Below, in pieces: positions 29,508 to 38,623 of a DNA stretch of 64,000 bases. Every line of letters starts with the position of its first letter. Position 1 is the stretch's first letter. Where the stretch lies: NCBI GenBank assembly GCA_038253135.1, contig JBBSHJ010000002.1, positions 9,217-73,216 of the forward strand, written 5' to 3'. The notes beneath the pieces are model-generated. The model searched no databases and was not told the origin of the DNA. It worked only from the letters and a program-made list of their open reading frames with translations. Both the position numbers and the translations under genes were made by a program. Origin of the DNA: Mycobacteriales bacterium (lineage in GTDB: Bacteria; Actinomycetota; Actinomycetes; Mycobacteriales; QHCD01).

Positions 29508-32072
29508 ATGGCGCGGCGTGCCGGGGTGCCGCAAGGGGGCACACCGACCGGCCGGCCGGACGCCCCCGGCCCGCTCGCCCCGACGGCCGCGGACCTCACC
29601 GAGAACGGCAAGCGCCAACGCCGGTGGCTGAGCAACAAGGCCAGCAGGATCGTCCTCAACCCGTTCGCGTTCACCTCGACGCGGACACCGCTGGAGCATG
29701 CGGCGGGGCCATCGGTCCCGCTGCACGTCGGGTACTACGTCGGATCGCAGGCACTCGATCGCACCGGGCTGCTCGGCCTCTACCGCCGGGAGCCGGGCGC
29801 GGCCGGGACGGAGCCGGACCGGGTGGGCGTGCTGTGGGCCGACGAGTTCACGGCACTGGAACCGGGGTGGCGTGCGGGAGACGGGGTTCGGGCGGAGTCG
29901 GTGGCGGGGGACCGGCTGCGCCTGACTCTCGCCCGCGGTGGCGCGGACTACTGGGGGGAATGGCGCCGCCGACTGACGATCGCGGCCCGCCGGACGCCGT
30001 ACCTCTCGATCGGTGTCGCGGCGGCGGCGGACGCCTGGGGGCTCCGGATGCGGGTCCCGCCCGGCGCCGGCGGGCACGAGATCGTGGTCGCCGCGGACAC
30101 GACCCGGACCGGCGAGCACACGTTCGCGCTCGAACCGTTGCTCGGTCCCGACCCGGTCGAGGTCGAGATCGTGCTGCGTGTCGCGACCTGGGAGCAGCCG
30201 GCCGAATTCACCCACCTCCGCCTCCTCGCGGTCGATCCGGTGCTCCTCGGCACGGACTCGGTCGACTACTCGTGGGCGCCGCACGAGCTCGGCTTCGCCG
30301 CCGACTACGCCGGTGCCCGGATTGCCGGCACCGACCGCTTCGCCGACCTCGACACGGTCCTGCGCTCGGTCCGCGTCACCGGGGTCGACGCGCACTGGAC
30401 GCTGGCGGGGATGGTCCGCGGCCGGCCGCGCTGGGAACCGCGCCGCCGCACGCTCTCGATCGAGGAGCGCGGCCACTGCTGCGCGATCGCGCTCGGCGAC
30501 GCGGCCGAGCCGGCCGGGACGGTCCGCTACGCCGTGAGCCTGCCGGGGCTGCTCGTCGACGACACCCGGACCCGGCCGTCGCATGCCGCCGACCCGTTCT
30601 ACTGGTCGCTGCCGGTACGCCTGCTCCGCGACGGCCGCGAACGCACCCTGGCCGCGGTGTCCTTCGCGACGGCGGGGGAGGGCGGAGCGGCGGCTGCGGG
30701 GCGGCGCGCCCGGGCCGCCGCCGGGCGGGCTCCCTCGACGGTCGCGCGCGCCCACCGCCGGAAGTGGGACGGCTTCCTGCGGCGCGTCCCGCACCCGCTG
30801 GCGTTCGACCTGTACGGCGTACCCCGGCTCGGCGTGAGCGCCGCCGACGTCCGCCACACCTACTACGCGGCCTGGGCCTTTCTCGCCGCCAATATCCTGC
30901 CGCCGCTGCCGGAGACCGGCTTCGGATATCCGCAGCACGCCACCGGAAAACCGTCGCTCTACGCCGACGGGCCACCGCAGGCGGCGTCGATCGCGTCGTG
31001 GGAATCGCTGTTCGCGATCCAGCTGTGGGCCTACGTCGACCCGGCTGCCGCGTGGGCGGCGTACGCCGGGCTGATGTCGCTGGTCGCCGAGGACGGGGCG
31101 CTGGCCGGCGAGGCGCTGCCGACCCGCAAGGCCCAGACGGCGGCCGTTCTTTCCGGGCTCGCCCGCGACGACGACGCGCTCGCGGCCGTCTATCCGGCGC
31201 TGCGCCGGCACCTGTCGTGGGCCGCCGACAACCCGCGCTGGATCCTGCGCGGGCTGACGCCGCCCGATCAGAAGGACGCGCAGTTCGTGGCCTCGGCGAT
31301 CATCGACCTCGGATATGCGCGCGACCTCGCCGCCCTGCTCGGCTACGCCGACGACGTCCGACGGTGGGAGCGGCTCCGGGCCGAGCTGCTCGCCAACTAT
31401 CTCGACTGGTTCTGGCCGAAGCCGGACTCGCCGCCGAACCTCTTCTACCTGGCCGAGAGCGGGAAACGCGATCCCGGGAACATTCTGTGGATCGCGCCCG
31501 GGCTGCACATCGACCTTCTCCCTCGCGGTTGCCCGCAGCTGGAATCGATGCAGGAGCGCTTCGACGAGACCTTTGACCCGGCCCGGTTCTTTGCCGGCTT
31601 CGCGCAGCCCAAATATCCGGACCTCTCTTATGCCGCAGCGGGTTTGCTCGATCTCGGCCGGACCAAGGATGCGCGGATGCTGCTCAACGCGGCCCTGCGG
31701 GACGTGTGTCGCTCGCACCAGTTCGCCGAGGAATATCACCTGGTCGCAGACGGGTCCGCGGGCAGACCCCGCGCGGACGGATCGGGTGTGCGGCCCTCGG
31801 TATTCGGCGCGGCAATGGTCATCGACGCCGTCTGGCAGAACAATGGCCTGCGCTTTGATCTCGGCCCGCCGGCGCTGGTCCGGCTCGGAAACAATGCCGC
31901 CGCGGTGCGCGGGCTGCGGATCAACGGCCGGCAGCTCGATCTGCACCGGGCGGCCAATTCGGCGACGACCTCGGTCCGCGGCGGCTATGTCGGCGGCGGG
32001 CCGCACGCCGTACGCCTCGCACCCGGCGAGACCCGGCTGCTCGCGGGCGGCCGCCCGCCGGGGCAGGCATGA
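29508..32072 (+). CDS. large putative glycoside hydrolase with C-terminal (alpha/alpha)6-barrel-like domain (GH63/GH37/MGH1-like)
   Basis: ATG 29508 after GGGAGGAAA. 854 aa. C-terminal half (WESLFAIQLWAY, QFAEEYH) resembles (alpha/alpha)6 glycosidases. The family assignment is inference. Confidence 0.5.
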   Translation: MARRAGVPQGGTPTGRPDAPGPLAPTAADLTENGKRQRRWLSNKASRIVLNPFAFTSTRTPLEHAAGPSVPLHVGYYVGSQALDRTGLLGLYRREPGAAGTEPDRVGVLWADEFTALEPGWRAGDGVRAESVAGDRLRLTLARGGADYWGEWRRRLTIAARRTPYLSIGVAAAADAWGLRMRVPPGAGGHEIVVAADTTRTGEHTFALEPLLGPDPVEVEIVLRVATWEQPAEFTHLRLLAVDPVLLGTDSVDYSWAPHELGFAADYAGARIAGTDRFADLDTVLRSVRVTGVDAHWTLAGMVRGRPRWEPRRRTLSIEERGHCCAIALGDAAEPAGTVRYAVSLPGLLVDDTRTRPSHAADPFYWSLPVRLLRDGRERTLAAVSFATAGEGGAAAAGRRARAAAGRAPSTVARAHRRKWDGFLRRVPHPLAFDLYGVPRLGVSAADVRHTYYAAWAFLAANILPPLPETGFGYPQHATGKPSLYADGPPQAASIASWESLFAIQLWAYVDPAAAWAAYAGLMSLVAEDGALAGEALPTRKAQTAAVLSGLARDDDALAAVYPALRRHLSWAADNPRWILRGLTPPDQKDAQFVASAIIDLGYARDLAALLGYADDVRRWERLRAELLANYLDWFWPKPDSPPNLFYLAESGKRDPGNILWIAPGLHIDLLPRGCPQLESMQERFDETFDPARFFAGFAQPKYPDLSYAAAGLLDLGRTKDARMLLNAALRDVCRSHQFAEEYHLVADGSAGRPRADGSGVRPSVFGAAMVIDAVWQNNGLRFDLGPPALVRLGNNAAAVRGLRINGRQLDLHRAANSATTSVRGGYVGGGPHAVRLAPGETRLLAGGRPPGQA

Positions 32073-32860
32073 ACGCACCGTCGATCACCGACACCGCCTA
32101 TACCGTCGGCCGGCCGGCCGTTGAGGAATTCGACGGCCTCGGGTTCACCCGCATCCGCCGGGTCTTCGACGCCCCTGCACTGCGCGACCTGACCGCCGAG
32201 ATCGAGGCGAGGCTGCAGGGCGCACCGACCCACGACGGCGGCGTCCCCGGCTCCTACCTGTGCGTGCCCAACGTGTGGCGGCACGGCGAGGTGGCGGCCA
32301 GATTCGTGCTCTCCCGCCGGCTGGGCCGGATCGCGGCTGACCTGCTCGGCGTGCGGTCGGTCCGGATCCTGTACGACGTCGCGATGATGCGCCGGCCCGG
32401 TGACGGTGCGGTCCCGTGGCACGTGGACCAGGCGCGGTTCCCCTTCAGCAGCGACCGGGTCGTGACGCTGTGCCTGCACCTGCACGATGTGCTGCCCGAG
32501 TGCGGGCCGATCAGCTTCGCCGCGGGCAGCCATCGGCTCGGCCGGGAATGGCTGGCGGCTCCGGCCGACCGGATCGACCCGTCGTCGTACGGCATCGAGG
32601 AGATCAGCACCGAGCAGTTCGCCTCCGGGGATGCCTCCCTGCACCTGGGCTGGACTCTGCACGGCGCGCAGGTCAACCGCAGCGACCGGCCGGTGCTGAC
32701 CCTCGGCATCGTCTACATCGACGGCGACATCGAGGTCGCCGACCCGGTCAGCGAGGCGCAGGCGCGCGAGCTGCGGCGCTGGATGCCGGGCGCCCAGGTG
32801 GGCCGCGTGCCCGACACCCCGATGAACCCCGTCGTCTACCGAGCACCCATCGCCATCTGA
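32069..32860 (+). CDS. phytanoyl-CoA dioxygenase (PhyH) family Fe(II)/2-oxoglutarate oxygenase
   Basis: ATGA overlap with the upstream gene. VPWHVDQ (HxD) and a distal GSHRLG region. Confidence 0.75.
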   Translation: MNAPSITDTAYTVGRPAVEEFDGLGFTRIRRVFDAPALRDLTAEIEARLQGAPTHDGGVPGSYLCVPNVWRHGEVAARFVLSRRLGRIAADLLGVRSVRILYDVAMMRRPGDGAVPWHVDQARFPFSSDRVVTLCLHLHDVLPECGPISFAAGSHRLGREWLAAPADRIDPSSYGIEEISTEQFASGDASLHLGWTLHGAQVNRSDRPVLTLGIVYIDGDIEVADPVSEAQARELRRWMPGAQVGRVPDTPMNPVVYRAPIAI

Positions 32861-32899
32861 ACCCCCGTCTGAGACCCGTAGGAACCCCGTGCCCGAGGA

Positions 32900-33451
32900 A
32901 CAGCGTCCGGGCCAGGGCGGCAGCATACGCCGCCGCGCCCTTCCCGCGGGGGCGGCCGGACTCGCCGCCGGACAGCAACGACACCGGCGTCTTCACCTAC
33001 GACCTGGCCGGGCGGCTCGGCGCGACCGTCCCGGCGACGGTCGAGCTGATCCTGCGCGTGGCCGTGCAGGAGAAGCCGGCCACCTTCGACTACGTCCGGC
33101 TGGTCGAGGTCACGCCGATGCTCGCCGGCGTGACCAGTCAGGACAGCGCCTGGCAACCGCACGCCCTGCCTTCACGGGGAGGTACGACGACGGCGCGGCG
33201 ATCACCGGGACCGATATCTTCGTGACCACGGGCCCCACATGGTGTTCGCCGGCTACGTGCAGCCGAAGTACCCTGACCTCAGCGGGCGCACCCTCCACGT
33301 CGCCCGTGCGGCCGGAAGCGACGTGACCGTGCTGACCGGTAGCCTGCTCGACGGCCGACCGGCGGTGTGCCGGCGCCTGACGGTGCCCGCCCGTGCCGTC
33401 GTGGAAGTCGGCAGCGCCTGCTCGATCACTCCGACCGCGGGCACCGGATGA
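32900..33451 (+). pseudogene. decayed, internally deleted and frameshifted paralog fragment of the 29508..32072 glycosidase
   Basis: Three frames carry pieces matching the GH. DTGVFTYDLAGRLGATVPATVELILRVAVQEKPATFDYVRLVEV matches TRTGEHTFALEPLLGPDPVEVEIVLRVATWEQPAEFTHLRLLAV. FAGYVQPKYPDLS matches FAGFAQPKYPDLS. The C-terminal tail also aligns. Confidence 0.6.
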
Positions 33452-33476
33452 CAGCTCCGTTCGAGGGGAGAGCGTG

Positions 33477-34553
33477 ATGAGTGCAGGCACGCGGAGCGGC
33501 CGATCCCGTCGGCCGACGATCGCCGACGTGGCGCGGGAGGCGGGCGTGTCGACCGGCGCGGTCTCGCTGGCGATGAACGGGCGCGCCGGCGTCGCGGCGG
33601 CCACCGCCGAGCGCATCCGCGCGACCGCCGACGAGCTGGGCTGGCGGCCGAGCGCCACCGCGCGGGGGCTGACCAGCGCCCGGGCGCAGGCGATCGGCAT
33701 CGTCGTACGCCGTCCGGCCGCTGCCTTCGGCAACGATCCGTTCTTCTCGGCGATCATCGGAGGCATCGAGACCGTCCTTGCCCCGCACGACTACGCCCTG
33801 CTCATCCGCATCGTCAACGACGAGGAGCAGGAGACGGCGGCCTACCAGACGCTGGCCGGCGCCGGCCGCATCGACGGCTTCCTGCTGACCGACATCCGAG
33901 TGAGGGACCCGCGGCTGCTGCTCGTGCAGCAGTTGGGGGCCCCATCGGTGCTCGTCGGCCGGCCCACTTCGGGCTGCGACCTGCCGTCAGTCGGACCGGA
34001 CGATCGCGGGCCGGTGCTGCGGACGGTGCAGCATCTGGTCGAGCTGGGGCACCGCCGCATCGGGCACGTCCGGGGGGCGCACGGCTACATCCACACGGCC
34101 GACCGCGAGCTGGCCTGGCGCGACGGCCTCGCCGCGGCCGGTCTGTCCGACGATCTGCTCGCCGACGGGGATTTCACCCCGGCCGGCGGCGCCGACGCGA
34201 CGCGCGAGCTGCTGGCCGCGCCCGACCCGCCGACCGCGATCGTCTATGCCAGCGATCTGATGGCGATCGCCGGGATGGCGGCGGCCGGCGAGCTCGGCCT
34301 GCGCGTGCCCGACGATCTGTCCGTGACCGGGTTCGACGACATCGACCTGGCCGCGCACGTGGCGGCGCCGCTCACGACGGTCAGCCGGGACATGCTCGAC
34401 TGGGGCCAGCACTGCGCCACGGCCCTGATGGCGCAACTCGACGGCAGCGCCGTCCCCCGACACACGCCGCTACCCGCGCAGCTGGTCATTCGCGAGTCGA
34501 CGTCGCGCCCGCGGCTCAGCCGGCCGGGACCGGCTCGTCCCACGCGTAGCTGA
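33477..34553 (+). CDS. LacI family transcriptional regulator
   Basis: ATG 33477. N-terminal HTH PTIADVAREAGVSTGAVSLAMNG and a periplasmic-binding-fold C-domain. Confidence 0.9.
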   Translation: MSAGTRSGRSRRPTIADVAREAGVSTGAVSLAMNGRAGVAAATAERIRATADELGWRPSATARGLTSARAQAIGIVVRRPAAAFGNDPFFSAIIGGIETVLAPHDYALLIRIVNDEEQETAAYQTLAGAGRIDGFLLTDIRVRDPRLLLVQQLGAPSVLVGRPTSGCDLPSVGPDDRGPVLRTVQHLVELGHRRIGHVRGAHGYIHTADRELAWRDGLAAAGLSDDLLADGDFTPAGGADATRELLAAPDPPTAIVYASDLMAIAGMAAAGELGLRVPDDLSVTGFDDIDLAAHVAAPLTTVSRDMLDWGQHCATALMAQLDGSAVPRHTPLPAQLVIRESTSRPRLSRPGPARPTRS

Positions 34554-36138
34554 CGTCCGTCCCATCCGTCGCGGTCCAGCGGCGCGGGGTCGTCGTCGCC
34601 TGCCAGTCGGCCGGGCGGATGGCCGGTACGCCGGCGGTGTCGGCGAGCGTCCCGATGATACGGCGGATGTCGGCGTCGGTGCCCGCCGTCCGCGCCCCGG
34701 GGTCGATCGAGAAGAAAAGCGCGCTGCCGGTGCGGGCGATCAGGTCCCCGAACTCCCGGTTGCGCTCCCACGGCGTCTGCGGCGTACACGGCACGCAGTC
34801 GGCGTCGACCGTGAAGAACCGCCGATGCTGCGGGAGCCGGAACGCGAGGGCGTTGATGCCCATCCGCCGGGTGCGCTCCCACTCCCGGCCGGAGGTGTCG
34901 TCGCCGATGCGTTGTACGTCGACGAGACCGGCCGCCAGGTGACCGACGGTATTGCAGCCCAGCACGACGGCGCCTCCGGCCGCGGCGCGGATCGTCCGGT
35001 AAAACTCCAGCAGGATTTCCGCATTCGTCCTTGTGTTGTCGGCCGGGGACCATCCGGCGTCCGTTAGCCGGCTAGTCATTCCTGGGCCGAATTGGCCGAA
35101 ATGGTCTAACGTCGAGAAGTCGTGCTTGAGCAGCGTGAAGCCCCAGCCGACGAGGCGGTGTACGTCGGTCGCGACCTGCGCGAGGACCTCGGAGCGGGAC
35201 AGGTCCAGCGGCAGCTCCCGGCTCGGTCGAGGTCCGGCGCGCAGCAGCGACTCGTCGCGCACGGACGTCAGCGCGGCCGGACGGAACCAGATGCCGGGCC
35301 GGGCGCCGCGCCCGGCGATGTCCCGGGCCAGAGCGGGCATGTCGTCGAAGAGCCCCGCCGTGCCCGAGTCCCAGGGACCGCCCGGAGCATGCCCTCCATC
35401 GGACCAGCCGGCGTCGACGACGCAGTACGGCGCCCTATCGCCGGTGAAGGAGTCGCCGGTGAAGGAGTCGCCGCCGATGCGGTCTCCGGCGAGCTCGACG
35501 ATCGTGTCGGCGTCCCGCAGGATCTGGTCGGGACCGAAGTTCTCGCCATAGGCGTAGTACCAGTTGTTGCAGCCGAGCACCGGATCGCGCGAGGGGAGGG
35601 GGTCCTCGCACATCGCTTCGACCAGCGTCTCGAGCGTGGTCCACGGATCGTCGCCCTCGACGCGGACGACCGTGGCCGTGCCGAGCCTGCGGGCCCCGAG
35701 CCGGACCGGCGACCCGCCCGAGTGCAGGTCGAGCCAGAGCGTCGTACCGGCGGCGTCGGCGCGCCACGAGCAGAACGCGCCCGGGCGCACCCGCACACCC
35801 CAGCCGGCGCTGGCGCCGGGCGCGGCCGACACGAAGTACCACGGCAGGATCCGTTCGGGCTGATCGCCGCGCCACTGCAGGTCGCCGTAGGAGCGTTCCC
35901 AGGCGTCGCCGAAATAGGTCGTGCCCTCGGGTTTGGGATCGTTCCAGCGCAGCCCGACCCAGCTGATCTCGCCGGCGGGGCAGGCGACTGCGATGTCGAG
36001 CCCGGCCGCGGCCGGTGTGGGGGTGACGGGGATTCCGGCGCCGGAATAGCGGCCGTCCGATCCCGCAAGCGGGACCGGCGGCGAGCCGGTCGCGGTGGCC
36101 GCGACCGCGACATCCGGCGCGGCGGGAAAGGCGGGCAC
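34516..36138 (-). CDS. alpha-galactosidase-like glycoside hydrolase (clan GH-D, GH27/36-like)
   Basis: GCNNWYYAYGENF, CVVDAGWS and LLKHDFS motifs. GTG 36138 lies 12 nt after the thuA-like stop. Start uncertain. Confidence 0.6.
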   Translation of the reverse strand: MPAFPAAPDVAVAATATGSPPVPLAGSDGRYSGAGIPVTPTPAAAGLDIAVACPAGEISWVGLRWNDPKPEGTTYFGDAWERSYGDLQWRGDQPERILPWYFVSAAPGASAGWGVRVRPGAFCSWRADAAGTTLWLDLHSGGSPVRLGARRLGTATVVRVEGDDPWTTLETLVEAMCEDPLPSRDPVLGCNNWYYAYGENFGPDQILRDADTIVELAGDRIGGDSFTGDSFTGDRAPYCVVDAGWSDGGHAPGGPWDSGTAGLFDDMPALARDIAGRGARPGIWFRPAALTSVRDESLLRAGPRPSRELPLDLSRSEVLAQVATDVHRLVGWGFTLLKHDFSTLDHFGQFGPGMTSRLTDAGWSPADNTRTNAEILLEFYRTIRAAAGGAVVLGCNTVGHLAAGLVDVQRIGDDTSGREWERTRRMGINALAFRLPQHRRFFTVDADCVPCTPQTPWERNREFGDLIARTGSALFFSIDPGARTAGTDADIRRIIGTLADTAGVPAIRPADWQATTTPRRWTATDGTDVSYAWDEPVPAG

Positions 36139-36149
36139 GAGATCGTCCG

Positions 36150-36896
36150 TTACTGGGCGAACCAGTTCTTTTCGGGCTTGTGCATTTCCGGCCCGGTCAG
36201 CGGGCCGGCCGGCTTGCCGGCGGTCGGCGCCGCCCAGAGCACGCCGTTGGAGATGACCTTGCGAATCTCCTTCTGCTGGTAGACGGGGTATTCCTGGTCG
36301 CCGGGGGAGAAGTAGAAGACCCGCCCGGCGCCGCGGGTGTAGCAGCAACCGGAGCGGAAGACCTCGCCGCCCTCGAAGGAGCTGATGAAGACCAGCTCGT
36401 CGGGGTCGGGGATGCCGAACGGCTCGCCGTACATCTCGTGCTCCGGGATGACGATCGGGTTGGGTACGCCGTCGGTGATCGGGTGCCCGGGCTTGACGGT
36501 CCAGACCAGCTCGCGCTCGGCGTCGTTGCGCCAGTGCAGGCTCGGCGTGGTGCCCATCAGCTTGAAGAAGATCTTCGAGAAGTGCCCGGAGTGCAGCACC
36601 AGGATGCCCATGCCCTCGAGCACGCGGGCGTGCACCTTGTCGACGACCTTGTCCTCGACCCTGGCGTGCGCCATGTGGCCCCACCAGGTCAGGACATCGG
36701 TGTTGGCGAGGACCTCGTCGGTGAGGCCGTTCTCGTCCTCGTCGAGCACGGCGGTGCGGACCTCGACCGCGTCACCCAGGTTTTCCTCGATCCCGGCGGA
36801 GATCGCGCCATGCATGCCGTCGGGGTAGAGCGCGCGCACCTCCGGCTGCCTCTGCTCGTGCTGGTTCTCGCCCCACACGGTGACCCGGATCGTCAC
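36150..36896 (-). CDS. ThuA domain-containing protein (trehalose-utilisation-like)
   Basis: GTG 36896 after GAGGAG. VTVWGENQHE..DVLTWWGHMAH..ILVLHSGHFSKIF is typical of ThuA. Confidence 0.82.
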   Translation of the reverse strand: MTIRVTVWGENQHEQRQPEVRALYPDGMHGAISAGIEENLGDAVEVRTAVLDEDENGLTDEVLANTDVLTWWGHMAHARVEDKVVDKVHARVLEGMGILVLHSGHFSKIFFKLMGTTPSLHWRNDAERELVWTVKPGHPITDGVPNPIVIPEHEMYGEPFGIPDPDELVFISSFEGGEVFRSGCCYTRGAGRVFYFSPGDQEYPVYQQKEIRKVISNGVLWAAPTAGKPAGPLTGPEMHKPEKNWFAQ

Positions 36897-36936
36897 GCTG
36901 ATCTCCTCAAGCGGTTGTCGGTCGTGCTGTGCTCTG

Positions 36937-36968
36937 GTTGGCGGCGCTGCCCGCGCGCCGCCGCCAAC
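36937..36968 (-). terminator. 10-bp GC-rich inverted repeat (GTTGGCGGCG / CGCCGCCAAC) between the methyltransferase gene and the thuA-like gene
   Basis: Arms at 36937-36946 and 36959-36968 with a 12-nt loop and no U-tract. Function uncertain. Confidence 0.25.
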
Positions 36969-37060
36969 GGTATCTCGCGCCCGGACGCGCACGACCCGCT
37001 GCCCGGCCCGCTGTCCAGAGCCGGACAATGCGGGATGCTCGGACTATGGCCGGATGGTCG

Positions 37061-37696
37061 TTAGGGCGCTGATGCGTCGCGGCCCGTCGTCCCGACGCGC
37101 AGGACGAACCATTGGTAGTGCCAGTCACGCTCGCTGTCGCCCCAGGTGCGGAAGTCATCGATCGGGCCGAATTGCCCGAACCGGCGTCGTACCGTCTCGT
37201 CGCTGCGGACGGAGAAGAACCGCCGCGGCTCGAAGCGATCCGAATCGAGCACACGCTCCTCGTCGGACGCGGCTCCCCAGAGCCCGATCGCGGCCGGCGC
37301 TCCCGGCGTGAGCACGCGCGCGAGCTCGGTCAGCGCCACGTCGAGGTCGGCGTTGGGAATGTGCAGCAGCGTGCTCATGCACCACGCGGCGTCGAAGGAA
37401 CTGTCCGCGAACGGCAGGGCCCGCAGCGATCCCTGGCGCGCGTCTCGCCCCCGCGCCACCGCCTGATTTACCGATGCCTGGGACAGGTCGACGCCGGTCC
37501 AGGCCAGTCCGGCGGCGGCAAAGCCGTCGCCGTCGCGGCCCGGGCCGCAGCCGGGCTCGATGACGGTACGACGCCCCTCCCGCCGGAGCAGGTCGAGAAA
37601 CTCCTGACGCGCCGCGACCCGTCGCGCGTCGAGCGCCCGGTCCGCTCGGTCACCGGCCTCTTGCTGGTAAAACGCGGCCAGTTCCCCTTCGCTCAC
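37061..37696 (-). CDS. class I SAM-dependent methyltransferase
   Basis: GTG 37696. Motif I VIEPGCGPGRDG. LPFADSSFDAAWCMSTLLH. Confidence 0.8.
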   Translation of the reverse strand: MSEGELAAFYQQEAGDRADRALDARRVAARQEFLDLLRREGRRTVIEPGCGPGRDGDGFAAAGLAWTGVDLSQASVNQAVARGRDARQGSLRALPFADSSFDAAWCMSTLLHIPNADLDVALTELARVLTPGAPAAIGLWGAASDEERVLDSDRFEPRRFFSVRSDETVRRRFGQFGPIDDFRTWGDSERDWHYQWFVLRVGTTGRDASAP

Positions 37697-38034
37697 GGGT
37701 GCGCTACGACGAGGCGGACGGCGCCGCGGAACTCCGGCCGCGTGCGCAAGGGTCCGTGCCGGCGGTCCCACGCCCCGCTGTCGCTGCGCGCGCATCGACG
37801 CCGCCGGCTCGACCGCGACGACATAGCGGTCGTCCGGCTCGTAGGGGCCGGTGCCCGCTCCGACATTGATGACGCCGGCCGTGCCGCTCGTAATCGACCC
37901 TGGCCACCGCGCTCACGTCGCACCCCGCCCTCGCGCCTGCTTCGTGCGCGAGCGTATCGGCCGCCGGAACTGCAGCTCCGCGACCGGCGGTTGCACGAGA
38001 TACTGATCCTCTCGACGACGACCGGAGGCCCTCG

Positions 38035-38523
38035 ATGGCACTGCACGATATCCCGACCGAGACCCTCGACGGTGAGGCCTCGACGTTCGGCGCGCACGCG
38101 GGTAAGGCCGTGCTCGTCGTCAACGTCGCCTCCAAGTGTGGCCTGACGCCGCAGTACACCGGGCTCGAAGGGTTGCAGCACCGGTACGCCGGCCGCGGTT
38201 TCACCGTGCTCGGGGTGCCCTGCAACCAATTCGGTGGCCAGGAGCCCGGCAGCGCCGACGAGATCGCGGAGTTCTGCTCCGCGACCTACGGCGTCACCTT
38301 CCCGATGCTGGCCAAGACCGAAGTCAACGGCCCCGGCCGGCATCCGCTCTACCAGCAGCTGACGTCGTATGCCGACAGCGACGGCGAGGGCGGCGACATC
38401 CAGTGGAACTTCGAGAAATTCCTCATCTCACCGGCGGGAGACGTGGTCGCCCGCTTCCGTCCCGGCACCGAGCCGGAATCGCCCGAGCTGGTCGATGCCA
38501 TCGAGGCCGAGCTGCCGGCATAG
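38035..38523 (+). CDS. glutathione peroxidase
   Basis: VLVVNVASKCGLTPQY and LGVPCNQFGGQEPG signatures. Confidence 0.92.
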   Translation: MALHDIPTETLDGEASTFGAHAGKAVLVVNVASKCGLTPQYTGLEGLQHRYAGRGFTVLGVPCNQFGGQEPGSADEIAEFCSATYGVTFPMLAKTEVNGPGRHPLYQQLTSYADSDGEGGDIQWNFEKFLISPAGDVVARFRPGTEPESPELVDAIEAELPA

Positions 38524-38623
38524 CCCCCGGTTGGCGCGCGCTTCGTGGGTGGCGCACGTGAACCGCTTTGCCGGCCCGTGACGTCAGCCGGCGCGGCGCG
38601 GCTTGCGTACGACCGTCGCGCGG

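Noticed and set aside
29430-32078. 882-aa ORF antisense to the large glycosidase
   Set aside because: An Arg/Pro/Gly-rich mirror frame. The plus-strand frame has the better codon pattern (GC3) and a decayed paralog that matches it.
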